Shown: positions 46,172 to 55,180 of the stretch, in pieces
Layout: every line of letters starts with the position of its first letter
Position numbering within the stretch: position 1 is the first letter of the stretch
Source of the DNA: Blastocatellia bacterium
Lineage (GTDB): Bacteria; Acidobacteriota; Blastocatellia; Pyrinomonadales; Pyrinomonadaceae
Direction: 5' to 3'
DNA length: 64,000 bases
Assembly: GCA_033858155.1 (NCBI GenBank)
Contig: JAWVCT010000043.1
Coordinates: 6,351 to 70,350, forward strand
Translations under genes and position numbers: made by a program
Notes under the pieces: model-generated
What the model saw: the letters and a program-made list of their open reading frames with translations, nothing else
Database searches by the model: none
What the model was told of the DNA's origin: nothing

Positions 46172-46385
46172 GTCCGGCGCATCAAGTCCAAAACAAGTGG
46201 GGGACTATACATCATTGATCAGTGAAGTCATCTTCTCAGTTCTAAAAAAGGTGGCGTCCTAAATCAACAGGTGTTTGGAGTACCAACTTCAGTTGCTCAC
46301 TCCTTTAAGCAAAGCCCGACTAAAGTCGCACTCTGAACACCGCTTAATCAAAGTGGGATCCCCCCAAAAAAAAACGTTAAAACTC

Positions 46386-46414
46386 TTGACAGGCCCGTAA
46401 TACGGGCGTAGGAT
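46386..46414 (+). promoter_or_regulatory. sigma70-like promoter of the dcw operon (Pmra-like)
   Basis: TTGACA (46386-91), 17-nt spacer, TAGGAT (46409-14); about 105 nt upstream of the mraZ start. Confidence 0.6.
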
Positions 46415-46420
46415 GCGCCG

Positions 46421-46444
46421 GTGGAGTGAAGTGGAGTGAGGTGG
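46421..46444 (+). promoter_or_regulatory. candidate MraZ operator: three GTGG direct repeats with 10-nt period
   Basis: GTGGAGTGAA GTGGAGTGAG GTGGCC starts 7 nt after the -10 element. MraZ is known to bind a series of G-rich direct repeats spaced one helical turn apart upstream of its own operon. Confidence 0.55.
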
Positions 46445-46520
46445 CCTCAACGACACGAACCAGACTCGAAAGTAGCGCGAACCGCAGAGCCGTCTCTTTT
46501 GCTCCCCCCAACCGCACCCG

Positions 46521-46961
46521 ATGTTGCGAGGCAATTACACAGCGCGAATCGATTCCAAGGGCCGGCTCAAAGTGCCGACGCTTTTTCGGCGTTACGTCGA
46601 AGAGAAGTATGGCTCAGCTTTTTATCTTACCAGCTTGAGCGGCGATTGCGTGCGGATTTATCCGATGCCCGAGTGGGAGGCGATCGAACAAAGGCTCTCG
46701 TTATTGCCTTCAATGGATCCGGCGCGGCGAAAGTTCCTTGACAGGACGAACTACTACGGCCAGCAGTCTTCGATGGATACCCAGGGTCGGGTGTTGATTC
46801 ATCCGCTGCTGCGAAAGAGCGCCGCGGTTGTAGGCGACGTGGTGGTGCTTGGTTATTTGACGTACCTGGAAGTTTGGGAGCTGGAGAAGTTCCAACAACG
46901 TCTGCTTTCGGATCCTTATTCGGAGGAAGACGAAGCAGCGATAGCGCGGCTGGGGATTTGA
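46521..46961 (+). CDS. mraZ: transcriptional regulator MraZ
   Basis: [19 protein letters not shown] and a second half with [10 protein letters not shown] (duplicated DxxxR SpoVT/AbrB-like halves). Confidence 0.93.
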   Translation: MLRGNYTARIDSKGRLKVPTLFRRYVEEKYGSAFYLTSLSGDCVRIYPMPEWEAIEQRLSLLPSMDPARRKFLDRTNYYGQQSSMDTQGRVLIHPLLRKSAAVVGDVVVLGYLTYLEVWELEKFQQRLLSDPYSEEDEAAIARLGI

Positions 46962-46966
46962 TGATG

Positions 46967-47024
46967 TGGCACAGACTTCAGTCTGTGTTGGCCATCGAGA
47001 ATCACAGACTAAAGTCTGTGCCAC
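46967..47024. repeat. twin-hairpin repeat, CACAGACTnnAGTCTGTG family (copy 1)
   Basis: TGGCACAGACTTCAGTCTGTGTT-N-GAGAATCACAGACTAAAGTCTGTGCCAC, between mraZ and rsmH. Confidence 0.9.
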
Positions 47025-47055
47025 TCTTTAGTTCTTTGAACGAGATCACGGGGCG

Positions 47056-48057
47056 GTGGTGATGGCGGAGCCTTTGGGGGGCAGGGGCACGCTGGCCCAT
47101 CGCCCTGTGCTACTTCGAGAGACGATCGAGCTGCTCGCAGCGGAGCGGGGCGGGATATTTGTCGATTGCACGGTAGGCCTGGGCGGGCATAGCGAAGCAA
47201 TTCTGGAAACATCTCGTCACGCGCAAGTGCTGGGTATCGATCGCGACGGAGAAGCGCTCGAACTGGCGAGGAAGCGATTGGCGCGATTTGGGTCGCGCTT
47301 CCGCGCCGTGCATGCTGACTTTCGCGATATAACGCGGGTCCTCGCGACTGCGGAAGTGAAGCAAGCGCGCGGCATTCTCGCCGACCTGGGGGTTTCGTCG
47401 TTGCAACTGGATTCAGCCATGCGGGGATTCAGTTTTCGGCACGACGCGCCGCTCGATATGCGTATGGACGCTGCGACTGGTGTGGAAACCGCGGCAGAGT
47501 TGCTCGGTCGTCTTTCCGAAGTAGAGATTGCGCAGATAATTTTCGAGTATGGTGAAGAACGCCGGTCGCGCCGCATCGCTCGTTGGATTGTAGAGAAAAG
47601 AGAGCAGGGCACGCCGGTTCAAACGACTCGCGACCTCGCCGCATTAGTAGAACGCGCAGTCGGATTTGGCAAGCAACGGAGGATCCATCCCGCCACGCGC
47701 ACGTTTCAAGCGTTGCGCATAGCGGTCAACAGCGAGCTCGAAAACCTTGATCGTTTCGTGACCGACGCGGTTGACCTTTTAGAGCCAGAAGGGCGTCTTG
47801 CGGTAATCAGTTTTCACTCGCTTGAAGATCGAATCATCAAGCGAACGCTTGGGAAGCTCTCGGGTCGTTGCCAGTGTCCACCGCGTCTGCCCCAATGCAT
47901 GTGTGGCGCTCTACAGATAGTGGAGATTTTAACGCGACGACCAATCATCGCCGGGGAGGAAGAAGTTGCCGCCAATCCGCGAGCCCGCAGCGCAAAATTG
48001 CGCGTTTGTCAGAAGCTCTTAAACACCGAACTAACGGAAAACATGCTGGAGAGTTGA
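47056..48057 (+). CDS. rsmH: 16S rRNA (cytosine1402-N4)-methyltransferase RsmH
   Basis: [24 protein letters not shown] and [10 protein letters not shown]. The start is GTG 47056 or ATG 47062. Confidence 0.93.
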   Translation: MVMAEPLGGRGTLAHRPVLLRETIELLAAERGGIFVDCTVGLGGHSEAILETSRHAQVLGIDRDGEALELARKRLARFGSRFRAVHADFRDITRVLATAEVKQARGILADLGVSSLQLDSAMRGFSFRHDAPLDMRMDAATGVETAAELLGRLSEVEIAQIIFEYGEERRSRRIARWIVEKREQGTPVQTTRDLAALVERAVGFGKQRRIHPATRTFQALRIAVNSELENLDRFVTDAVDLLEPEGRLAVISFHSLEDRIIKRTLGKLSGRCQCPPRLPQCMCGALQIVEILTRRPIIAGEEEVAANPRARSAKLRVCQKLLNTELTENMLES

Positions 48058-48058
48058 G

Positions 48059-48493
48059 ATGGTGAGAAGAATTCCATCAAGACAGCGAAACGCACGAGTT
48101 GCTCGCGAACGCGATGCCGGGGCGCTCGTTCGATTCGGATTGCTTTTGCTCTGCGGCCTGGCATTGGCTAGTGGTTTTGTCTATGCCGGCGTCCAGCATT
48201 TTGCGGCGCTCAAGCTGGGATATGAAACCGAGAACCTGCGCAAAGTCCGCAGCCAACTGACCGAAGATCAGCGCCGCTTTGTGTTGGAGCGGGAAGCGGC
48301 TGCCAGCCCGGCGCGCCTGGAACGAGCCGCGCGTCAACTGGGCATGCAGCCGATGCAGGCCGCGCAAATTGATCCGCTGAAGAGAACTGTTAAGAGTTCA
48401 ACCGAGAAGAATGTGCCGGCGGCTGCGAGCACGACCGCGGCCCCATTGGCGCATCATGCTGAAGGAAAACTGATTCGGCAGCCGAAACCCTGA
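48059..48493 (+). CDS. ftsL: cell division protein FtsL-like
   Basis: Positioned between rsmH and ftsI. It has a basic N-terminus, a single TM (LVRFGLLLLCGLALASGFVYAGV), then a coiled coil. Confidence 0.7.
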   Translation: MVRRIPSRQRNARVARERDAGALVRFGLLLLCGLALASGFVYAGVQHFAALKLGYETENLRKVRSQLTEDQRRFVLEREAAASPARLERAARQLGMQPMQAAQIDPLKRTVKSSTEKNVPAAASTTAAPLAHHAEGKLIRQPKP

Positions 48494-48568
48494 TGAACCT
48501 GGCTGGCAACAAGCCAATCCGACCTTGGGCGCGAAGGCGCTCACTTGAAGTAGTATCTGGAGTCCTGA

Positions 48569-50632
48569 ATGCCCCGTCGTTCTACCGCCAACGAAGCGTC
48601 ACGGTCCGGTAACTCGCACCGGCGCGCGCTGTTTGTAGCGATTGGGTTGGTCGGCTGGATGCTGTTAATCGGGGCCCGGCTGGTGCAACTGCAAGTCAGC
48701 CAGCACGATGAGCTCATCGCCCGAGCCAGAAATCAACAGCAGAGCTCCATCGAGACGAGCGCGACCCGCGGGCCCGTGCTCGATCGACAGGGCCGCGAGT
48801 TGGCCCGCAGTATCGAGACCGCTTCCTTCTTTGCAGACCCCCGCGAAATCGTAAATTCAAAAGACACCGCGAAACGGATCTCGTCGATTACGGGACAGGA
48901 TCGGGACGAGCTGGCCCAGCGTCTGGACACAGCGATCGATGCCCGGAAGCAGTTCATTTGGATTACGCGGCGGGTCGATGTCGAATTAGCGAAGAAGCTG
49001 GACGCGATGGAACTCAAGGGGGTCTATTCCCGCAAGGAGCCGAAGCGTTTCTATCCGAACGATTCGCTGGCCGCTCACGTGCTCGGCTTTGTGGGAATGG
49101 AAGAGACGGGGTTAAGCGGAGTCGAGCAATTCTATAACGAAAAAATTCGCGGGGAGGCGGGTAAGGTTTATCTGGAGATGGACCGGGACCGGCGCGCCTT
49201 TGAAAGTTATGAGGTCCAGCCGAACCCGGGACAGACGGTGGTGCTGACGATTGATCAGACAATCCAGTACCGGACTGAGCAGGCTCTGGGCGCGGCGGTA
49301 GAGCGCGCTCATGCGAAATCAGGCACGGCTATCGTGATGGATCCGCGAACCGGAGAAATTCTGGCGCTGGCTAACGCGCCTTCCTTTGATCCTAATCAGT
49401 CTCAAAAATATTCCGCCGAGGCCCGGGTTAACGGCGCCCTGCAAAATATCTATGAGCCTGGTTCGACCTTCAAGATCGTGGCGTACTCAGCGGCGATTGA
49501 GAAGGGGCTGGTCAAGCCTGAAGACAAGATCGATTGCCAGATGGGCCAGATCACTGTGGCCGGCCGCTTGGTTCACGATCACAAACCGTTCGGTGTGTTG
49601 ACTATTGCCGACGCGCTGGCGCAGTCAAGCAACGTGGGCGCGATCAAGCTGGGACTTTTAGTCGGAAACGAATCGATGTACGACTATATGAAGCGGCTCG
49701 GCTTCGGCTCGCGGACGGGTATCGATTTAACCGGCGAGTCTCCCGGGATTCTGCGCTCCTTGAATCGCTGGCAACCTTCGTCGATCGGATCGCTGGCCAT
49801 CGGTCAGGAGATTGGCGTGACGCCTTTGCAAATGGCCACCGCTTATTCCGTGCTGGCGAACGATGGGATGCTCGTGAAGCCGCATCTCGTGCGCGAGTTG
49901 CGTGCGCCCGACGGGGCGGTGATGTTTCAGGCAAAGACGGAAGCGCGCCGGGTCCTGAAAGCGGAAACGACGGCGGCGTTGCGAACGATGCTCGAGGGCG
50001 TGACGCTACACGGCACCGCGCGCAAGGCGCAATTAGATGGCTACACGGCGGCCGGGAAAACCGGCACCGCGCAGAAGATTGATCCCAAGACGCACGCCTA
50101 TTCAGCGACGAAATATATTGGTTCGTTCGTGGGCTTTGCCCCGGTCAACAACCCGGCCGTAGTGATCATAGTTGTCATCGACGAGCCGCAGGGTTCATAC
50201 CACGGTGGCGACGTTGCCGCTCCGGTCTTTCGCGAGATTGCTGAGCAGATACTGCCCGACTTGAGTATCTCGCCGGATGTTGAGCTTAAGCCCAGCACCA
50301 CGTTGACTGCGCAGACATCGCGGCCCTCGCCACAACAAGTAAAGGAAGAGCAATTGCAGACCGAGGCACGCCAGGCCACTTTGCCAAAGATAGCGGCGCG
50401 CAGTTTTAGCGGCCAAACGAAAGAAGTGGTTTTCGCGGTGGCTACAAAGCGCGCGGCCTTGATGCCGGACCTGCGTGGACAGAGCGTGCGCGACGTGGTT
50501 CGGATGTGCCAGCAGCTCGGCTTGCGGCTGGAGGCGCGTGGTGAAGGTCATGCGATGCGGCAGAACCCTGAGCCGGGCGCTGAGGTTGATACGGGATTGG
50601 TGGTGCGCGTCGATTTTGGCCGCGCTAATTAG
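48569..50632 (+). CDS. ftsI: class B penicillin-binding protein FtsI (PBP3-like) with C-terminal PASTA-like domain
   Basis: N-terminal TM; SxxK (GSTFKIV), SxN (QSSNVG) and KTG (GKTGTAQ). The tail is LMPDLRGQSVRDVVRMCQQLGLRLEARGEGHAMRQNPEPGAEV. Confidence 0.9.
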   Translation: MPRRSTANEASRSGNSHRRALFVAIGLVGWMLLIGARLVQLQVSQHDELIARARNQQQSSIETSATRGPVLDRQGRELARSIETASFFADPREIVNSKDTAKRISSITGQDRDELAQRLDTAIDARKQFIWITRRVDVELAKKLDAMELKGVYSRKEPKRFYPNDSLAAHVLGFVGMEETGLSGVEQFYNEKIRGEAGKVYLEMDRDRRAFESYEVQPNPGQTVVLTIDQTIQYRTEQALGAAVERAHAKSGTAIVMDPRTGEILALANAPSFDPNQSQKYSAEARVNGALQNIYEPGSTFKIVAYSAAIEKGLVKPEDKIDCQMGQITVAGRLVHDHKPFGVLTIADALAQSSNVGAIKLGLLVGNESMYDYMKRLGFGSRTGIDLTGESPGILRSLNRWQPSSIGSLAIGQEIGVTPLQMATAYSVLANDGMLVKPHLVRELRAPDGAVMFQAKTEARRVLKAETTAALRTMLEGVTLHGTARKAQLDGYTAAGKTGTAQKIDPKTHAYSATKYIGSFVGFAPVNNPAVVIIVVIDEPQGSYHGGDVAAPVFREIAEQILPDLSISPDVELKPSTTLTAQTSRPSPQQVKEEQLQTEARQATLPKIAARSFSGQTKEVVFAVATKRAALMPDLRGQSVRDVVRMCQQLGLRLEARGEGHAMRQNPEPGAEVDTGLVVRVDFGRAN

Positions 50633-50729
50633 TTCTTGAAAACTTGGAGTAAGGCAGTTTGAAACCTGGCAGGATTTTCTAATTAGCACAGTGGCTCTAG
50701 CCCGGTGATCGTGGGTGGAATTCGAAAAT

Positions 50730-50803
50730 GGAAACCGTTTCAAACGGTTTCCCGGTCCGTCGGCCCGTTGAATTCACCGCGCTAAAGCTACGGTGCTAAT
50801 GAG
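50730..50803. repeat. palindromic repeat in the ftsI-murF spacer
   Basis: GGAAACCGTTT-c-AAACGGTTTCC (50730-52), followed by GAATTCACCGCGCTAAAGCTACGGTGCTAATGAG. Confidence 0.75.
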
Positions 50804-50856
50804 ATCGGTGAGGTCAAGCTGCAATATCCGAAGAGAGTCATACCGGATGAGCAGAC

Positions 50857-52329
50857 GTGAACATTAAGACGGCAGCAAGTTTGATGAGCGCCACGACGGA
50901 CAGTCTGAGCGCTGAGTTGTTTGACAAAGAAATAGTTGACTTCTCAATTGATTCCCGGACGGCCGGCGCGGGCGAACTGTTCTTTGCTTTGTCCCAGCCT
51001 GACTACGAACGAGCGGGCTTCAACGGCACTTTTGCGGATGCGCACGGCTTTATCGCGCAGGCACTAGCCCGCGGATCGATCGCCGCAGTTGCGCGGCGTG
51101 AAAGCGTCGCCGGCGATGAGAAATTGCAGGCGTTAAGCGGACGGCTTTTGCTGGTCGATGATGTGATTGCGGCTCTGCAAACACTCGCCCGAATGGTTTA
51201 TGAGCAATGGGCGCGTCCGGTGGTGGGCATCACCGGCAGTGCCGGCAAAACGACTACGAAGGAGCTGACGGCGCATGTGCTCGCCCTGGCCGGCAGTCGC
51301 ATCCTTAAGAGCGAACGCAATTATAACAATGGCCTCGGCCTGCCGCTTTCAGTTTTGCAAATGGTGAGCAGGGGCCATCAACCCGACGATTATGATCTGG
51401 CCGTACTCGAGATGGGAATGTCCTCCCCGACGCACGAGATTCGACGTCTCGTCCAGATCACGCCGCCGGACATTGGTGTGGAGCTGATGGTCGCGCCCGT
51501 ACACCTGGAGCATTTGGGGACGATCGAAAATGTGGCGGCGATGAAAGCCGAGTTAGTAGAAGGTCTGAAACCCGGCGGCATCGCCATACTCAACGCGGAT
51601 GACGAACTTGTTATGGAAATGAAGTCAAAAACAGATGGGCCGGTGTTAACGTTTGGCATTCAGAATGAAGCCGACGTGACTGCTACCGGCATCGACACTG
51701 CGCGATTTGGTTCCATTCGCTTCAGGTTGAAAACTCCCCTGGGCGAAGCGGCGGCTGAGTTGCCGATGACTGGCCGGCACAATCTGATGAACGCGCTGGC
51801 GGCATCGGCGGTGGCCACGGCGCTGAAGGTCAAGCCTGAGTTGATTGCGAATGCGCTGCGCACCGCGAAACCGCCACGCATGCGCGGCGAGGTTTTGGAA
51901 TTCGCCGCGGGCTTCACGGTCGTCGACGATTCGTATAACTCAAATCCGCGTTCGCTGCTCGGCATGGTCGGCACGCTCGCGGAAGCTAGTGAGAAGGTGA
52001 AGCGCCGGTTCGTGATAGCCGGGGAAATGATGGAGCTGGGGCCTGACGCTCCCGAGATGCATCGCCAGGCGGGCCGCGAAATAGCCGAGCTGGGCATCGA
52101 TGTTTTATGGGGTGTGCGTGGGTTGGCCGCGGAAATTATTTCGGGAGCCAGGGAAAAGGGAATCGCGGAAACTGCATTCTTTGAGAGTTCAGAAGCTGCC
52201 GCAGCCGCGGCCGTCGGCGCCGCTCGCGAGGGCGATTTGATTCTGGTTAAAGGCTCGCGCAGCGTGGAAACGGACAAGATCGTTGCGGCGCTGCGAGACC
52301 GATTTCCGCTAGCCGTCCCCGATCGATGA
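50857..52329 (+). CDS. murF: UDP-MurNAc-tripeptide--D-alanyl-D-alanine ligase
   Basis: GITGSAGKTTTKE P-loop and the MurF-type NYNNGLGLPLSV motif. GTG start. Confidence 0.9.
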   Translation: MNIKTAASLMSATTDSLSAELFDKEIVDFSIDSRTAGAGELFFALSQPDYERAGFNGTFADAHGFIAQALARGSIAAVARRESVAGDEKLQALSGRLLLVDDVIAALQTLARMVYEQWARPVVGITGSAGKTTTKELTAHVLALAGSRILKSERNYNNGLGLPLSVLQMVSRGHQPDDYDLAVLEMGMSSPTHEIRRLVQITPPDIGVELMVAPVHLEHLGTIENVAAMKAELVEGLKPGGIAILNADDELVMEMKSKTDGPVLTFGIQNEADVTATGIDTARFGSIRFRLKTPLGEAAAELPMTGRHNLMNALAASAVATALKVKPELIANALRTAKPPRMRGEVLEFAAGFTVVDDSYNSNPRSLLGMVGTLAEASEKVKRRFVIAGEMMELGPDAPEMHRQAGREIAELGIDVLWGVRGLAAEIISGAREKGIAETAFFESSEAAAAAAVGAAREGDLILVKGSRSVETDKIVAALRDRFPLAVPDR

Positions 52330-52332
52330 TGT

Positions 52333-52391
52333 CCAGTTGTCAGTTGTGCGCCGTCGACTCAAGCCTCTGACAACTAACGACTGACAACTGG
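52333..52391. repeat. inverted repeat CCAGTTGTCAG family
   Basis: CCAGTTGTCAGTTGT (52333-47) matches ACAACTAACGACTGACAACTGG (52370-91). Confidence 0.75.
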
Positions 52392-52409
52392 CGGTCTGAC
52401 TAGTCACAG

Positions 52410-53561
52410 ATGATCTATTACATCTTTTACGAGCTGATCTTTAACCACTCGAACCAGGATTGGTGGCTGGTAAAAGCTCTGAATGTTTTTCAGTACGTTA
52501 CTTTTCGCACGGCGTATGCATCGGTTACCGCTCTCCTGATCTCGCTTCTTTCCGGGCGGAAGGTCATCAACGCGCTGAAGCGCTGGAACATCGGCCAGCA
52601 GATTCGCGCGGAAGGACCCCAAGCGCACCTGGCCAAACAGAACACCCCGACCATGGGGGGACTGCTGGTGATTGCGTCGGTTCTGTTTTCGACTTTGTTG
52701 TGGGCGAAGCTGTCGAGCTTCTACGTCTGGGTAGTTATCCTGGCAACGCTCGCCTTTGGCGGCGTCGGATTCGCCGACGATTATCTCAAGCTGGTGAAGC
52801 GGCGCAGTCTGGGTCTGACTGGACGTCAAAAGATAATTCTCCAGTTGGTGATTGCTTTTGCAGTCTGGCTCACGCTGTATATATCGACGCGTTACTTCGA
52901 GACAAAGTATTCATGGAACGTCAGCATCCCTTTCTTCAAAGATACCGCGATTCCCAACGGCATCAGCACGATTGGACCGATCCTGTACCTGGTCATGATC
53001 GTGATTGTGTTGTTGGGAGCTACGAACGCGGTGAACTTGACCGATGGGCTCGACGGACTGGCGATTAGCGTTACGTTCATCGCGATGACCGCGCTCACGG
53101 CGTTTACATACTTGAGCAGCGACGCGCGCTGGGCCCGCTATCTGGATCTGGCTCACCGGCCCGAGGCTGCCGAATTGACAGTGTTCTGCGGCGCCATGGC
53201 CGGAGCGAGTCTGGGATTTCTCTGGTTCAATGCGCCACCGGCGGAAGTTTTCATGGGCGACGTCGGTAGCCTGTCTATCGGCGGAGCTGTCGGCACAATC
53301 GCCGTGCTGACTAAACAGGAATTCATGCTGTTGATGGTGGGCGGCGTGTTTGTGCTCGAGGCCTTGTCGGTCATGCTCCAGGTGTCTGTGTTCAAGATGA
53401 CGAAGAGCACCAGCGGCGTAGGGCGGCGCGTCTTTAAGATGACGCCTTTGCACCATCATTTTGAAATGGTGGGGTGGAAAGAATCGAAAATTGTGTTTCG
53501 TTTCGTGATCCTGGCGATCCTGTTTGCTTTGCTGAGTCTGACGACTCTGAAACTGCGGTAA
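52410..53561 (+). CDS. mraY: phospho-N-acetylmuramoyl-pentapeptide transferase
   Basis: [20 protein letters not shown] and PLHHHFE, with about 10 TM helices. Confidence 0.95.
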   Translation: MIYYIFYELIFNHSNQDWWLVKALNVFQYVTFRTAYASVTALLISLLSGRKVINALKRWNIGQQIRAEGPQAHLAKQNTPTMGGLLVIASVLFSTLLWAKLSSFYVWVVILATLAFGGVGFADDYLKLVKRRSLGLTGRQKIILQLVIAFAVWLTLYISTRYFETKYSWNVSIPFFKDTAIPNGISTIGPILYLVMIVIVLLGATNAVNLTDGLDGLAISVTFIAMTALTAFTYLSSDARWARYLDLAHRPEAAELTVFCGAMAGASLGFLWFNAPPAEVFMGDVGSLSIGGAVGTIAVLTKQEFMLLMVGGVFVLEALSVMLQVSVFKMTKSTSGVGRRVFKMTPLHHHFEMVGWKESKIVFRFVILAILFALLSLTTLKLR

Positions 53562-53566
53562 TTGTG

Positions 53567-53635
53567 TTTAGAGGCGGGCTACTGCCCGCCTCATGTTCGG
53601 CCAGAGACGGCGGGCAGTAGCCCCCTCTAAACGGG
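53567..53635. repeat. variant of the GGCGGG..CCCGCC family with TTTAGAGG / CTCTAAACG flanks (copy 3)
   Basis: TTTAGAGGCGGGCTACTGCCCGCCTC..GGCGGGCAGTAGCCCCCTCTAAACGGG. Confidence 0.75.
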
Positions 53636-53755
53636 TCGGGATTGAGTTGAACTTCGCGCGCGAGATATGAAGAGTCTGACTCAAGTCATCGCGTCATTGT
53701 TGTTGGCCCTCATCATGCTGCGGGCCTCCGGATCGCTTTTTGGCATTATTCACGA

Positions 53756-55138
53756 GTGGAAATTGCGGGCAGGAAAGTCTTAGTCATCGGTGCGGCCCGC
53801 AGCGGCATCGCGAGCGCCCGGTTTCTCGCGCAACGCGGCGCGATTGTCGCTCTTAATGATCGCAAGCCGTTGGCTGAATGGCCGGCGGCGGCGCTCGAAT
53901 TGAAAAGTATCGGCGTGGGCCAAATCGCCGGCGACCCGCCGTCATGGCTGCTGGATCAGATTGATCTGGTGGTGATTAGTCCGGGCGTCCCTACGAAAGC
54001 CATCCCGATTCGTTACGCGGATCGCCGCGGGGCGGAAGTGATTGGCGAGATTGAGTTGGCGTCGCGCTTCTTGCGTGGACGAGTGGTCGCGGTGACCGGA
54101 ACTAACGGCAAGACTACGACTACGACGTTGATTGGAGAGATGTTGAGAGATGCTCAGTTAAATGTTCAGGTGGGCGGGAATATTGGCAACGCTTTGGTTT
54201 CGCTGGTTGATTCATCGCGCGACGATGGCTGGTCCGTGGTTGAGGTTTCGAGTTTCCAACTGGAAACGATTGTCGACTTTCATCCAAGCGTCGCCGCGGT
54301 GCTCAACGTGACGCCAAATCACATGGATCGGTACGACTCGCTGACGGACTATGCCGCGGCCAAACACCGCGTGTTCATGAACCAGACCGCGGGCGATGTG
54401 GCGATCCTGAACGCTGACGATCAAATCGTTTCGTCCTGGGCGAAAGGCCTGCGAGCGCACGTTGTGAATTTCAGTACTCGGCGCGAGTTGGAAGAAGGTC
54501 TGTTTCTGCGCGGACGTGATTTGGTTTCGCGAACGCGGGACGGCGAGCGAGTGCTTCTGACGCGCGACGAAATGCAACTGCGCGGGACGCACAACGTCGA
54601 GAATGTTCTGGCTGCAATGGCCGCTGGGCTGGCATGTGGCGCGGCCCCTGGATCCCTGCGCGAAACCGTCCGCCGCTTTCGTCCGGTCGAACATCGTTTG
54701 GAAGAGGTTGCCGAGATCAAAGGGGTGCGCTTCTTTAACGACTCAAAAGCCACTAGCGTGGACGCGACGATGAAAGCGCTGGAAGCGTTTGCCGGCGATC
54801 GCGGAAAGGTAGTTCTGATTCTGGGTGGTCGTGGAAAGCAAGCGCCTTACGCGCCGCTCGCTCCTCTGGTTCAGGAGCTGGTGCGGAAAATGATTTTGAT
54901 CGGCGAAGACGCGCCGGCAATCGAACGCGAATTAAAGTCGGCCGCGCCTTTCGAGTATGCGACGGATATGCATGACGCGGTTAGCCGAGCTTTCGCGGCA
55001 GCGTTGGCCGGCGATGTAGTGCTGCTGGCCCCGGCATGTGCCAGCTTTGACATGTTCGAAAGTTTTGAGCATCGGGGAAGAGTATTTAAAGACGAAGTCC
55101 AGGGTCTAATGTCCAACGTCCAAAGTCCACCAGTTTGA
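53756..55138 (+). CDS. murD: UDP-MurNAc-L-alanine--D-glutamate ligase
   Basis: KVLVIGAARSGIASARFL (Rossmann) and VTGTNGKTTTTTLI. GTG start. Confidence 0.92.
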   Translation: MEIAGRKVLVIGAARSGIASARFLAQRGAIVALNDRKPLAEWPAAALELKSIGVGQIAGDPPSWLLDQIDLVVISPGVPTKAIPIRYADRRGAEVIGEIELASRFLRGRVVAVTGTNGKTTTTTLIGEMLRDAQLNVQVGGNIGNALVSLVDSSRDDGWSVVEVSSFQLETIVDFHPSVAAVLNVTPNHMDRYDSLTDYAAAKHRVFMNQTAGDVAILNADDQIVSSWAKGLRAHVVNFSTRRELEEGLFLRGRDLVSRTRDGERVLLTRDEMQLRGTHNVENVLAAMAAGLACGAAPGSLRETVRRFRPVEHRLEEVAEIKGVRFFNDSKATSVDATMKALEAFAGDRGKVVLILGGRGKQAPYAPLAPLVQELVRKMILIGEDAPAIERELKSAAPFEYATDMHDAVSRAFAAALAGDVVLLAPACASFDMFESFEHRGRVFKDEVQGLMSNVQSPPV

Positions 55139-55167
55139 CGTTGGACCTTGGACTTTGGACGTTGGAC
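55112..55167. repeat. inverted repeat TCCAACGTCCAAAGTCCA family
   Basis: TCCAACGTCCAAAGTCCAC (55112-30) matches GGACCTTGGACTTTGGACGTTGGA (55143-66). The left arm encodes the murD C-terminus ..SNVQSPPV. Confidence 0.8.
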
Positions 55168-55180
55168 TGGTTCCAAAGCA

